This document shows positions 39,676 to 54,684 of a DNA stretch of 64,000 nucleotides, piece after piece. This stretch comes from Octopus vulgaris (taxonomy: Eukaryota). Every line of letters begins with the position of its first letter. Position 1 is the first letter of the stretch. Position numbers and translations under genes: made by a program. The notes beneath the pieces are model-generated. The model was not told the origin of the DNA. It saw only the letters and a program-made list of their open reading frames with translations, and searched no databases. The DNA lies in the NCBI GenBank assembly GCA_951406725.2, contig OX597814.1, positions 211,730,001 to 211,794,000 of the forward strand, given 5' to 3'.

Positions 39676-42030
39676 CAGCAAACAGACGAGGCTTATTTGT
39701 AAATTGATAGCTCTCAAGCAGGACTAAATGGCGTCAGTGGGAAACTCCTTCTTCAGATGCGAATAATCGAGAAAAACAATTTACCGGAACCAAAATAAAA
39801 TTAACCGAAGCCAAACATAAGTATACATAGATAGGGGAGGAGAAGCATTAAACATCACAGAAGCACTTTCACAAGACGACATACACTCCTTCTGGAGGAA
39901 AATCTGGAGCGAAGAGAATGAATTTAATCAAAATGCTCTGTGGCTAGAAGAAATTGGAATAAGTTATAGGCTCTTCTTTACATGCAAGTCATAAAAAAAA
40001 TTGACGCTGATACCTTTGTAACTGTGATCCATAAACTTCAGAATGGAAAAATACTTGGAAGAGACTTCATTGTCGGTTACTGGTACAAGAGTGTAACCTT
40101 CTACTGTTCATAACTTATTAATCGGTACCAGCAAGTTCTCAATGAGAATAGTAGGATACCACACATGCTAGCTCTGGCAGAGACAAAACTGACCCCCAAA
40201 TGCAGAACCACCCACATGGCCAAAAACTACTGGCCAATTGCGTGCCGGAAATTAATGTTTAAAATATATACTGCGTGTAAATTTCTTCCTCCAAGACAAT
40301 TCTGAAAGTTATATAATCACAACAGAACAAGCAGCTGGGAAGGAGAGTGTCTGGAGATATGCCGAGCATCTGTCAATTAGCAAAACTATAATGTCAGAGG
40401 TGCGGTAGCATAGGACGAATCTCATTTCAACGTGTCTTGACTGCAACAAAAGTATTTGAGTCTATCCCCCACTTACAGATGCTAGAAGCCCTTCTACTTG
40501 ATAAAATCCCGATGAGCATAGTCAAAGCCATAGCTGACATCGTGGTCCACCATCTTGAAGTAAAATACAAGGTGGTACTCTATTAAAAGTGATATGATAC
40601 AAGGAGGTACGGTATTATAAGTGATAGAATACAATATTCCACGGGCACAGCCCCTCTGTGATGTTACGTATACTTTCTGTTAACCCCTTGCCATTCGGGT
40701 TAAGAAAGTCACAAGAATATCTCACTGGTTCATAAGGAAACAGAAATACCAAAATTACGCACTGTTTCTTTGCAGAACGGATATTCATGAGATGAAAAAG
40801 AGCATTGACCTGGTTACAAGATTCTCAAAGGATATAGAACTGGAGTTGGTCAGGATAAAGGTTGCTATATGGTTGTAAAAAGAGGGAAAAGTATAAACCA
40901 TACTAGCAACATCTCCATCAATGTTTTAACTGTTTCCCCTATATCTGATGTGGAATGCTACAGGTATCTAGGAGTGGATGAAAACATATCTTACAACGGT
41001 ACCTGTAACAAAACACGTGTCACTAAAGATTATTACAATCAAATAAGGAAAATTTGGTCCTCGGATCGCTCTGCATTGAATAAAAGATTTAGGCTGCTTA
41101 AGTGGACGCTTGATGAGATCCGAATTAAAGATGAGAAACCGCTGAAGATACGATATAATTTTTACATCAACACTGACGTAGTCGACCTATGCCAAAAACG
41201 AAAACAAGGCGGCAGAGGCTTAACATGAACGCAGAGTGGCTTTGAATGTCATATTATAACCCTTCGGCCACATCATTTAACCACCAAGTGTCGAAGTGCA
41301 TCCTTTGACCAAGTTTGCATACACGAGGCTGATAACGCCACGAGACTTGGAAAGCAACATCATGAGTAGCATTCCTTCTCTAATAACCTTCAATACATTC
41401 ACAAAGAAGTGACACGACTCTACCACAATGTATCATCAGATGAAAAGATGAGCAAATATGAGCAGAAGATCACGCATAGATATGTTATTATAAAGCTCCG
41501 TGACATTGATCATCGAAGCAGTCTATCGTGGACCAAAAACTGGATTACTGTCACTTAGAATGTTATGTATTTGCAATCCTGGAACTGGAAATATCATCCA
41601 AATACCTGATACACAAAAGAGATAGGGATGCAGGAAAAACTGTAAAATATGATAACCTATGCAGACATTGTGGAGTTGACATCAAGGATATCACCCACAT
41701 CGTCAGCATTGGTCCGTGAATGTCATCACTGTATGATCTACCGATGAGATATGATGTTGTAACTAGGACACTGTGTAATGAGATCCGTCGGAAGGATAAC
41801 CGCGAGAACAAAGAAATAAGAACCCACAATATGGTTGAAGCTATAGTCAATCATAACAAACAGGAGTACTAGTGGAATGTCCCAGAGAAAACCTCAATAA
41901 AATGTTAACACAATACATTTGATATAATTAGTTGGGACAAAAAAGAGAAACTGCGTACAGTTGTTGAAAGCAGATGCCTAGCAGATGTTAACAGACAGCT
42001 AAAGTTTAGCGAAAAAGCGTACACTTTTTT
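39676..42030 (+). mobile_element. Degenerate R4/Dong-like (RLE-type) non-LTR retrotransposon: RT, CCHC, restriction-like endonuclease
   Basis: Ordered motifs FWRKIWSEENEFNQNALWL, GRDFIVGYWYK, KNYWPIAC, FESIPH, YRYLGVDENI, RKQGGRGL, CRHCGVDIKDITHIVS, MRYDVV, HNTFDIISWDK; many stops and frameshifts. Confidence 0.85.
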
Positions 42031-42114
42031 TAGATATGCAACTATACTCTTGGCAGTATACGCATAAAGCAAAACATAAAATCTGCACGTATACATATGC
42101 ACATACATGCATAC

Positions 42115-42218
42115 AGAATTGCCCTGTTGATGTTGAAATTCCAGTGTAGCCTTGGATCTACGTTACAAACCGGCTCTCTCTCTCTCTATTGGCAAGAAAT
42201 CTTGAAATAAAACCGAAT
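42115..42218 (+). mobile_element. Probable SINE 3' fragment
   Basis: Non-coding island within a (CATA)n tract ending ...GGCAAGAAATCTTGAAATAAAA; no head present. Confidence 0.35.
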
Positions 42219-42391
42219 GACATGCATACATACATACACACAAAAACACACATATATACCTACTACGTACGTACATTCATACGTACGTACTTACATGCAT
42301 ACATGCATTCATCCATCCATCCGTCCATCCTTCTATCCATCCATTCATACATACATACATACATACATACATACATACATACATACATACA

Positions 42392-42422
<31 letters not shown>

Positions 42423-43298
42423 GAGGTGAATGACAAAATTATCTAGTTGTGAATGAATTACATAGATTAGTCAGCCAGGAATGTGTCACTCGAATGTTTA
42501 CATTGTGAAGCCGATGTTTGCCGCCTACTTTGCTACGAAGATATAAGTGAAAGTCTAAAATTGCCGTGATATATCCTGCCGCATGCGTGCACAGCGCGAG
42601 TGATAAAGAAGTCTCCTCCCACAAATACACATATGCAGAGAAAAATCTATTTATACGCGTGTGTAGATGTGTGAATGAGTTTGTTGTGTATACATGTAGT
42701 TTATATATGCTGATTTACTGACCTATTATTCTGAGGTTTATCCGATATGCATATGCAGAGAAGAACATGCGTGGAGAGTAATTTTCCTCAGATTAGTTGC
42801 CTAGTTATATTTTGGAAAGAGTGGGTTTTCAAAAGACTACTTGTGTATTCATCCTACTATTTCTGTATGCATACATTTATTCACGGTTCAATGCTTTATA
42901 TACCAACCTATCTATTTCAGATTAGAGCGTGTCGAAAGAACTCAGAAGTAAATGACAGGTGGATTAGTTACAGAAATCTATTACACATTTGTTTTATATT
43001 CTGTGAATGTGCATGAAGTTTTGATAAAATACTGCCAGTTACATCAAGGATAGTATTCAATAATACTTCCCCCCCAAAAAAAACAATCAGTAGAAACACT
43101 GACTGACTAAATTATATTCTGGTTCGATCTGATTGACAAAGAACTAAAATATATGCCCCAGCTCGGTTGTATGGCAATGACTGTAATCAATGAAAGAAAA
43201 ATAAACCTAATTTAGTATATTCATTAATGCATACAAATGTATATAGATGACGCACACATACACAAATACACACATACAAACACGCACACATACGCACA

Positions 43299-43452
43299 TT
43301 ACTGGTACAAGAGTGTAACCGTCTACTGTTCATAACTTATCAATCCGTACCAGCAAGTTCTCAATGAGAATAGTAGCATACCACACAGGCTAGCCCTGGC
43401 AGAGACAAAACTGATCCCCAAATGCAGAACTACCCACATGGCCAAAAGCTAC
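43299..43452 (+). repeat. Local copy of R4-like segment 40077-40230
   Basis: About 154 bp with few mismatches, sharing the same decayed state. Confidence 0.9.
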
Positions 43453-43824
43453 ATTACACACATTACGAGTATAGCTATTTGTATGTCTATCTTAATATGG
43501 GCTGACTGTGAGAAAGCCATAGCTGCTGTTTTCGCCTTGTGAGAATAACTCTCATAAACGTATGTTGCTAAGAAGCTATAAATTCGAGTGCTCTTTTATA
43601 CCATACTCCTCTACGGCACATTTCTACGTTATTTGCTGCGTTTTTACATTTTATACTTGTAAGTTGGATGAACAGAATACTATTCGCTACAAATATTACT
43701 TCAGCCGCTAGTAACTAAATATACATAAAAGCATACATGCATACATACATACATACATACATACATACATACATACATACATACATACATACATACATAC
43801 ATACATACATACATACATACATAA

Positions 43825-44215
43825 TCCATTAGATCGGAAGCCACTTTGAGATTCAGATAGAACATCATTTAGGAGACATCCATCCAGGTGGGTGAGAAGA
43901 ATATTTGCCAGTACTTTGCCAGCAGCTTATAGTAGAGCAATACCTCTGTAGTAACCACACATTTTTCTGGCTCCTTTTCCTTTATAGAGATGAATAATTG
44001 CATTCGCCCTGTCCTTAGGCATTGCATCGTCTATCCAGACTACACAAATAAGTTCATGAAGGGACTGTATGATGTAATCACCACCAAACCGCAAGACCTC
44101 GGCAGAAATTCCATCTCTTCAAGGTACCCTACCTAGATTCAATTTACTTATTGCTGTCATTACCTCATCTATTGAGGGCGTGCAATTTAAGGAGCCATTA
44201 ATAGGCCTCTGTTGA
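43825..44215 (-). mobile_element. RTE/BovB-type LINE RT N-terminal fragment
   Basis: PSIDEVMTAISKL...RDGISAEVLRFGG...LYKGKGARKMCGYYRGIALL*AAGKVLANILL...LSESQSGFR. Confidence 0.85.
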
Positions 44216-44269
44216 AATTTTATATGCATATACATATATATGTATATATATATATATAACTACAAATGT

Positions 44270-44400
44270 ACTCTTCGTGTTTTCTTTTTCTTCCATGGAT
44301 CTTTCCATCTTACTTTCCGACGAATAGCTATGCTCGAAACTTCGAACACTCTATGTTTTTACTGAGCGTCAAACTAATACATTCCTTGTGCACATCCTCT
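44270..44400 (+). mobile_element. Decayed PLE-type terminal repeat with hammerhead remnant
   Basis: CCGACGA-atagc-tat-gctc-GAAAC followed by CTGAGCGTCAAACTAATACA; similar to 47700-47770 and 49425-49510. Confidence 0.5.
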
Positions 44401-44513
44401 TGTCTAACATTTAAAATTTTATTGTCCGTTTATTGATTTGACTACACAGACACACACACGCACACATACACACAGACATATATATGCGCGCACACATATA
44501 GACAGACATATAC

Positions 44514-44615
<102 letters not shown>

Positions 44616-45165
44616 GAAAGTTCATATATATGTATTCTCATAAGCGCATATTATCTCAATGCACACACATACAAATAGGTGCAATGTTTTTAGGACACTA
44701 AGAATTTATATGCGCACGGTTGCTCTCCTGTACAATATCAAAGTTCTAAATGTCTCACGGCATGACGAATGCGCCAATGAGCAGACGGCTAATACCAGGT
44801 TAAGTCTCTTGACTGGATGTTTTGCAGAAGAAACTAATTGGAACGAATTGCAATGAAAATAAGTGTGAAAATAAAAATATGATAAAATAAATATAGACGT
44901 TCCATCTTTGGATGTCTGCATATGTTGCATGAAATGAGCGATCTGGTAACTTGTATTTGTATAGCATAATGCAGTCGACGTTTGAAGTAGTTCTAGAAGA
45001 TTAACAAATGATACATTTAGCGTAAATGTCGTTAAGGATGATTCGCTTTATATATAATAACCGAAATAGACACGCTGTGGAAAAAAATACTTGAGAATCT
45101 ACAATATATATACACATGCATACTTGTATGCAAACATATTATAATATATATATATGAATACATTT

Positions 45166-45206
<41 letters not shown>

Positions 45207-45255
45207 GTATATATATACTTATATAAATATATATATATTTATATATATAGACGTA

Positions 45256-45302
<47 letters not shown>

Positions 45303-45977
45303 CGTATACGTACACATATATATGTATATATACATATATATGTATATATACATATATACATATCTATATTTACTACACACATATATAATATATATACAGA
45401 TATTTATCGTATATATATATATGTGTGTGTGTGCGTTTATATATATATATATATATAATGTGTTATATAGACACATACATATATGGGTGTATGTATGCAT
45501 GTATGCATATATGTGTATAAGTATTTATGAGGGTATACATGTTTCTGTGTATGAATTGATCGATATCGGCATATATTCTTTTAATTACTAATGCATATTT
45601 ATATAAAGATACCTTTCTATATTTATGCAAAGACACAAACATAAGAAAAAAACACACACATAGATACAATTGGAAGTATGAATACATTTACATGTGTGTG
45701 TTTGTGTTTGTGTGTACGCTTCTGTGTGTACGCGTGTTCGTGTGTGTATGTATGTGCGTACGTATTTATGTGCGTGTGTTTGTGCGTATATAGCTATTGC
45801 ACATGGACAGCAATTTTGATTGCATTTGTAAGTCGATTACACCGTGCAAATTGTTGAAGACTATCTTACAGACATTGTATACTCGAAAAGCAAAATGCCC
45901 ATCGGCAAGATTTCACCTCCGGAATTAAGCAGTCAAAAGAAAAATTGCACCGCATTTTCTCCCGTACTCTGTACATA

Positions 45978-46102
<125 letters not shown>

Positions 46103-46195
46103 TATATATATATATATACATGTATATGTACATACATCCATACATATAAAAATACATACAAACATACAAATACATAAGTGGAAAAGAAAACATCT

Positions 46196-46568
46196 TTCTA
46201 TGGCAAGATGCCTGCTATAGAATAGAATTTTGATCGTCTAAACACATACGATAATTTTCACTATAAATACATAGCGTGTTGAAACGAGCAAAACGAACTA
46301 ACAGAAATTATAAAATTCCGTTAACCCCGAACAGGACCGATTTCTGGGCTATTCTAAAAGAATTCTTCCTTCGACAGCGAGGAAAGCGACAAGAATAAAT
46401 GGAATACTTACATATATCCATGGAAAAAACAGATGCAAAGCCATGTGCATATTTAAGTATTCCAAATATATTCAAACAAAATTTCTGTAGCAAGCTGTGT
46501 ATTTATAGTGAAAAATATTGTGTGGTTAGAAGATCTAAAGTGTAATTTTCAGCGTATTGCCATAGAAA
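46196..46568. mobile_element. MITE-like element with ~75-bp imperfect terminal inverted repeats
   Basis: TTCTATGGCAA...TTTTCACTATAAATACATAGC (46196-46275) is inverted relative to GCTGTGTATTTATAGTGAAAA...TTGCCATAGAA (46494-46568). Confidence 0.65.
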
Positions 46569-46707
46569 TTTATTTTTATTTTGGCCTTCATTATAATTGT
46601 TTACACATATCTAAACATACATACGTACATACACCTTAAAAGTTATATTAATATGCTGCCCACAGATAACATTTTGATCTTGAAAGAAATTTATCCTCAT
46701 GTTAGAA

Positions 46708-46761
<54 letters not shown>

Positions 46762-46817
46762 GTGCGTGTGTGTGTATGTATATATATATATATATATACA
46801 TACATATATATAGATAG

Positions 46818-46849
<32 letters not shown>

Positions 46850-46994
46850 GGATACATACATATATATACATGATTATATGTGTATATGTATATAAAGATA
46901 GATAGTTACATAGATAAATTGACACATATATATATATATACATAAATATATATATATGTATATGCATATATGCATATATATATATATATATGTT

Positions 46995-47028
<34 letters not shown>

Positions 47029-47105
47029 TATATATATATATATATATTTATATATATACATATATACATATATAAACATTTTTATATATATACATGTATA
47101 CATTG

Positions 47106-47820
47106 TACAAAGAACAGGGCTTAATCTTCTCTCTTCGTTCCTTTGCACCACATGAGCTCAACTCTCCTCCCCTCTTCATCTAACCATCCTCCCCTCCTCT
47201 CCTTCCACCCGCCTCCCCAATCTTGCTCCGACTCCTGCTTCTCTTTACTCCAACTCTCTTTCTCTCTTGTCTTCATTCCTACCCACAATCTCATCCCCCA
47301 CTTCATCGTCAACCCTCCCTCATGAGCCCACCCACCCGTACACAATCAAACCCCACCTTCCCTATCCATCCCATCCCACACCACCCCATCCTCCACCATA
47401 CACCACATAACAACGCATCGCACCACCATGGACACTCTAGCACTAACCACTTCCTAGCCCCATATTCACACACCTACACATACACACAAGCACACATCAA
47501 CGTCATCAGCCCTCGTCCATACGTACATACATACTCTCTTATACATACGCACGAGCACCATCGTTTTGGGATCACCACTAATTTATCATCTCCCCTTCTT
47601 GCTAGCTCACCCGTGTTACCCCTATGTGGGGCATTCGCCATGATAGAACGCTAGGCACTACACTTTCTGTATTTTCTCTCTTTGTTTCTTTCTGCGTTCC
47701 TTTCTTTGGAAGAGCGTAGGCTCGAAACGTTAAAGACTCTTCCATTTCCTGGGCGTTATACTAATACATCTGCTTGTTGTGTACACGACCTGTCTTCGTC
47801 TTCTTTTTTATTACTCTACA
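47106..47820 (+). mobile_element. PLE 3' fragment (GIY-YIG C-terminus, C-rich UTR, terminal repeat with hammerhead remnant)
   Basis: [18 protein letters not shown] resembles the PLE terminal EQ.LIF.L.TL.P.GLN motif; cttt-CTTTGGA-agagc-gtag-gctc-GAAACGTT-aaag at ~47700-47735. Confidence 0.65.
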
Positions 47821-47864
47821 TACATGTGTGTTTGTGTTTATGTGTGTGTGTGTGAGTACTCTAC

Positions 47865-47921
<57 letters not shown>

Positions 47922-47939
47922 AATATATATACATGTATA

Positions 47940-47982
<43 letters not shown>

Positions 47983-48045
47983 ATATAAATATATATACAT
48001 GTATATATGTGTGTGTGTGTGTATATAAATATATATACATGTATA

Positions 48046-48092
<47 letters not shown>

Positions 48093-48115
48093 ATATAAAT
48101 ATATATACATGTATA

Positions 48116-48157
<42 letters not shown>

Positions 48158-48984
48158 ATGTTTTACACTCTTCAGACATTTGTTGCCATGCTGGAGCGGC
48201 GCCTTGAAAATTATTGTTTCACCCATATATATACACTACACACATACACATCGATTTATATATATGTGACACATCTTGTAATACACCATAACAGGTACCT
48301 ACAATTAGTGGTCAGATAAGCTGAACCTGAACACATATTTTAAATGCAACTTTATATGCGGGGATATGGTAGTTTCCTATACTAAATCACTCTTTGGTAT
48401 AGGCAATGTATCCATTAATCTGGTACATGTATATTAGAGTAAATGAATAGATAACTAAACAACTGGTAGCATGCCAGATTATGACATATTATATATATAG
48501 CACCAAAAAAAAAAGAATGCATAAATAAATATACTTTAGAAGAGATGAGTATCAATTCCACTAAGGAATGTTCCTAATAGATATTACATACGTTGTAACA
48601 CACCAGCAATAGCCATAATGTATAGCAATAGTTTTGATATGAAACAGATCGGTAGATAAACGAATGTCATCACAGTTGAAATCCGTAAAAATGAATGACG
48701 AGAAATATGTGTAGATTTGTCCATACAGCTGTTTCATGCATTTCTGCATTGCTAGTTCAGTTCTTATAAGCTCTCGGCACAGTTTAGTAGTCACCAAATA
48801 AGTCTTCCAATAATTTTTCTACTAATATTTCCATATTCTTATTATTTTCTCTGGATGGTTTTTGATGAATATGATGAATTTTTATTAGGAATCATTCTTT
48901 CTCTCCTTTTAAACCTCTCAGAAAGTTTCAATTGTTCTTTTTGAACTTGATTTTCCCTACACACACACACTCACACACACTCAC

Positions 48985-49080
<96 letters not shown>

Positions 49081-49156
49081 TTTATTAAACTTTTAATACT
49101 TTTGATATATTATATAAAAATAAAAAATTAAAAAATAAAAAATAAAATAAAAAAGA

Positions 49157-49189
<33 letters not shown>

Positions 49190-49327
49190 TTAATTAATAA
49201 ATAAAATGATATATAAGTATAAAAATATACATACATACATATATATATTTGTATATATATATAAAATTTATAAGTTTAGATTATTTAATTTTTTTTTATT
49301 TTTAACTTTTATATTTTAAAATTAATT

Positions 49328-49393
49328 TTATGTATTGGCTTATGTTTTTCACTGTTTGAGTTGCCTAATAGTGGTTTTATCTCTAATTTAATA
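49328..49393 (+). mobile_element. PLE terminal fragment
   Basis: Reverse complement of 28000-28062. Confidence 0.65.
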
Positions 49394-50022
49394 TAATATA
49401 TATATATATGCATATAAAAGACATTCTCACGTTCCCGAGCGTCAAAATTATACACCTCCTTATTTTTCTGCACCTGTCTTCGTCTTTTGTTTTTCTATAA
49501 ATTTCAACTACATATATACATAGGTCAAAAAAGAAAATGTAGATAATAATCAACTGACAAACAATATTTGCCTGCAGACATCAATTCCATCTATATATCA
49601 ATTACAAACATATGTATAAATAAATAAATAAGAATGACTGAAAACAATGGCGTTGTTAGTGTCCGTTAAATCTATCAATAAAATGCAAAACAAATACAAG
49701 AAAATATTCAAGAAATGAATTATCTAAGGGACTTACATACTGTGAGAGGTAATAAATAATGCGTGGCGGTTATGGATATGTTATTCTGTTATGAATACAT
49801 CTAAGATTCATTTCTAATTGAAAAATAATTATCTAAACGAGAAATGAAAAACATGAATATAAAATTTTCATTATTATGGACTATAGATAAATGGAGGTAA
49901 CCGTGTAATGTATTATAATTATTTGAATACGGAGAACAATTTGTTTATACCCAACAGAGACGTAATTTAGCCATATAGTCACATACATGCAAGAACATAT
50001 AGATATACAATCCGTACACACC

Positions 50023-50154
<132 letters not shown>

Positions 50155-50718
50155 TGTACATATTTATATATATATATATAAGATAAAATACGATTGAATA
50201 CAATAAAAGACCATGTTCATATGCATACATATAATCACACATACACTCACACCCGTACACCCATATATATAAGAATATATATATATATATATATATATAT
50301 GAAGAAACAAATTATGCACGAATATAAGGTTGGCGTTAATTTCAATTATAGAGAAACATAGAATATTCAGTTTAGGATAGAGATAGAGATGAAAGGAACA
50401 TAATGAACATATGTGGTATTATAAATGTATAAGGTTGTAAAGTTAACTGCAATTATAGTAAGAAGTATTCGGGTTAGGATAGAGATGAAAGGAATGCAAT
50501 TTCTTGTGAGGTATTTTGTCATAAGAGGTATATGAATACACCTGCATATGTAAGTATCAATAAATATAGGAATCAACACTCACAGATAAATGTTTAGAAG
50601 TATATGGTGTAACAAGCGCGGGAGAACTGGTATATAAAATGTATATAATAATTATACATATATATATATATTCCTTGAATATTTTCTTATATTTGTTTTT
50701 TTTTTATTTTATTGATAT

Positions 50719-51122
50719 AGGCGCAGAAGTGGCTGTGTGGTAGGTAGCTTGCTTACCAACTATATGGTTCCGGATTTAGTCCCACTGCGTGGCATCTTGG
50801 GCATGTGTCTTCTACTATAGCCTAGGACCGACCAAAGCCTTGTGAGTGGATTTGGTAGACGGAAACTGAAAGAAGCCTTTCGTATATATATGTATATGTA
50901 TATATGTATGTCTGTGTGTGTGTTTTTCCTTCCTCCAACATCGCTTGACAACCGATGTTGGTGTGTTTACGTCCCCGTAACTTAGCGGTTCGGCAAAAAA
51001 AGACCAATTGAATAAGTACTAGGTTTACAAAGAATAAGTCCTAGGGTCGATTTGCTCGACTAAAGGCGGTGCTCCAGCATGGCCGCAGTCAAATGACTGA
51101 AACAAGTAAAAGAGTAAAAGAG
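50719..51122 (+). mobile_element. tRNA-derived SINE (family B), full length
   Basis: Aligns with the reverse complement of 10893-11318; tail GTAAAAGAGTAAAAGAG. Confidence 0.85.
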
Positions 51123-53190
51123 ATAGATTTAACGGACCCTAAGAACGCCATTCTTTTCGAATATTAGTGGACCAATTAAGTGGTAGGAATGACATTGACC
51201 TAATTCTATTCATTATAGGGTTTTTTTGATGAGATTTTTTTAATAAATAATAAAAGCACACTTGATTTATACCCAAATTTTTTCTTTATTGATATTGGTA
51301 CATAATGATTTCCCCAACTAAATTTACATTAAATTAACTTTGTTAATTTTATGGATATTCTATTGCATAGCATTTAGCTTTTAACTAATGACTCCTGTGA
51401 TATAGATCATCCCATTAACCACACCCTAGAATCTTTTACCCTTGCTATATCCCCCATCAAATTGAAATTAGATGTAATCTCATAACCTATGGATATTATC
51501 TTGGAATTCACTTTTTTACCATTTCTTATTTTTATTATTTTATTATACATCTTTACATGTTTGATTCTTACAATTATGGACTCTCCAGCGAAGCTTTCGG
51601 GCTCAATTATTGTCCAGCCTCTGTTAATTTTTTGTTCAACCTGTGTACAATCTCTGTATAATATTGATATGTTCTGCCAACTTTGGCAGAAACAGTTATA
51701 AGAGTCTAGTATTATTCACTCATTTATTCTTATTTATTTATTCATATGATTGTAATTAATAATTATATCCAATTAATGTTTGCAGGCTGGTGTTTGTCAA
51801 TTGATTAACTGTTCCATTTTATTCTTTGCCTTATAAATTCTGGGTAAATATCTTTTTACCCCCCGCTCATACCTTTTATTCAATTGCGCTATTGCCTTAC
51901 ATATGTAAGTGGTTTCATGTGTGTTGTGTGTGTATTTGTATTTATATTATGTATGTATATTAATAACCTTTAGAAGGCTGGTTTTACTTCCTTAACTTTA
52001 GAGTGTAAAATAAAATAATTTACCCTACTTTCATTGATAACATTACTCTAAACCATGCCGGTGTTCACAACCATAGCAAATTCACACGCTGATATACTCC
52101 GATGAGAAATGAAAATATATTAACTTAAATATTTTGATTTCGAATGCGCTAACGTACGTTCAGCATAAAAGTATTCAAGTTCAATATTAGAAAAAGACAA
52201 CTCAGTGGGTATTCCTTGAAATTACATTACATGTATAGTAATTGATCATATTATATTAGCTTTCATTCAAGGACTAAAACAAATCTGTAGGTCTACGAAT
52301 TTGTTATTAACTATAGTTTTATAATCTCGAAAAGAAAACATTTCTCTTCCTACCCATTTAAACCAAGCAATATATTTTTTGTGAAATCCTGTCAGTAGAA
52401 AGCGTTGGTGAATTATATTCTTTGTAAAGTGCAAATAAAAAGTCCAGAAACAAGAATAAATTTGAATCAATCTCTGATTCATATAAGAAATGATACCTTT
52501 TATTTCGAAAGATATATTTTGTACGAATGGAAGAATGGTGGTGGTGGTGGTGGGGGGGACATAAAGTGTATGGCAGAAGGAAATCTCTAATTAACTTTAT
52601 GGAATAAAGAAATTGTACATTTCATCTGTCTTGTTACGAACGGATTTAGAGAAAACGATAAATGCTTCGTCTTCGTCACATATTTAATCTCACGTTTACA
52701 TTCTTTAAATATTCTATTCTGAAATAAAGCCACATATTTATAGGTGAATCGATGGAATCAACTCACTAAATTAGTGATACAAATTTATTGAAGTCTTTAC
52801 GAAAATTTGACCACGTAAGGAAATGAAGGAAAACAATTTGGTTGAACCTCTAAAATGTTTGTTAACCACCATTGTTTATATGACACCAAATATAAGCATG
52901 GTTCATGGAAATTACAGAGATACCTTTCCTATAATAGCAGGTTTTCGACGTGGATTTTGTTGGCAAAATATCATCTATATCTCCATAAAACTCTCAGATG
53001 CATGGAAATTATTTGTAGCATAAGTAAATCTTACCGTTTCTTTCTCGACTAAATTTAACACACTTGTGTGAAACAAAGTACTAAGAAAAGAATATGAATC
53101 GTTATCGTATCAATGTTCTAACGCAACGTATGAACAGGTTTTACTTATTGTGATATAAGTCATAACGCATTAGAAGTATTTTATCATATA

Positions 53191-54387
53191 CTAGCAATAT
53201 AGCCCGGCTTTGCCCGGGATTAAGTTAGGATTATTAAGCTAATCAAACCCTTTGTTTCAAACCAAACTAAGTAACACTAACGTCAAATTTGAGCGAAATC
53301 CGTTCAAATTGATAAACGTTTGGTTGAAAATGGGTTGCAGATACTTTGATTGGGAAATCCCATAAGGAATTGGTTTATCGATTTTTCCACCCATCGATAA
53401 TTTTTTTTTTTTTTTGTGGGGGCCGGATTAAAACATTCAAAGATCCCATGAGTCCTAAGTAACACCGGCATCAAGTTTGAACAAAATACATCAAAATTGG
53501 TAAAGGTTACAGTTGAAAATGGGGTGTAGCCAATTTTAGTGAGAAATCCTATAAGGAATTGGTTTATCGATTTTTCATCCTGATGGAATGCAAAATATCA
53601 TAAGGAATCAGTTTATTGATTTTCTACTCCAAATAGGACGTAACCGAACATTGCCGATTCAAAAATCTATATTCATATTTTAAAGTTGGTTTTCATACCC
53701 ACCCCAGTTCTGCAGAATCAGTATCGCGACGGAAACGCATGGGCTGGGATTTTGACCGGCAGACGTGATCAGGTTGAATATACTAGCGCTTTTGAAACCA
53801 CCCCAATCATGTAACACTCCTTGGCCGATGGGTTGGGAGCCCTTCCAGCAAGGAAAATAGAATGCTACCGATCCTGTGTGTCAGAAGAGGTCATGTTCGG
53901 ACCACAACTAAGCCTTAACCTAAGCCTAAGCTAATCTAGCGAAAGGAGGCTTAGGAGCCTCTGAAAGGCAGCGACTAATTCCGATATAGACATAACCCCT
54001 CCTATAGGTACTATCGGTCAAGTGATTTGCAGCATATTGATTCCACGCAAACAATCCGAGATTTTTCTTTTTTTCGTAGTGAAAATCGTTCGGGTGTTAA
54101 TCTAAAAGTTTACCCTTTGTTTTGCTTTCTCGCCTTTGCTAGACAGGTGACTTAACTCATATTAGCAGACTTACAGATTTCACCAACGTTGAAATTTGTA
54201 AAAGTTATGGTTGAAAATCGATTGTTACCACTATCCTCGGGTGCCTGGGGGAAAATAATTTGACAAAAACCGAGCCATGATCGTGACCAATGTCCTCCAA
54301 AAATTGGAGTGGCATGCGTGCTAATTTGTGGACGTGCATAAATTACATTCACGTACACAGACACATACACATTCTATCTATTATAGA
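53191..54387 (-). mobile_element. Non-autonomous Helitron
   Basis: Minus strand begins A|TCTATAATAG and ends hairpin CCCGGGCAAAGCCGGG + CTAG|T (AT insertion site, no TSD); internal ~180-bp tandem repeats containing ATAAGGAATTGGTTTATCGATTTTTC. Confidence 0.8.
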
Positions 54388-54684
54388 TAAATAAAGAGAT
54401 AAATAAGTGATTTAAAATGAACATATTTTAATTGTTGTGTGAGAAAGTATATATAATCTGATTATAAAATATAGTGTCTTTCAAAATCATCCTAAATTTG
54501 AAAACTATATCTCGTGTTTAAGAAAAAAGACATTTTACAATTTATTTTTCATGAACGCTGTCACCTACTGCATTCCCCTCACACACACACATACATCAAC
54601 ACAAAACTTCTCTCTATCCCTCACGCACACACACTTTCACTTCCTTATGGCAAGAAGGAGACTTAACTCATGCTAAGAAATATC

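Noticed and set aside
44694-44798. Plus-strand AG...GT exon candidate
   Set aside because: Splice-like ends but no recognisable product or partner exon
53907-53940. Telomere-like CCTAAG repeats
   Set aside because: Only 2-3 imperfect units inside a Helitron
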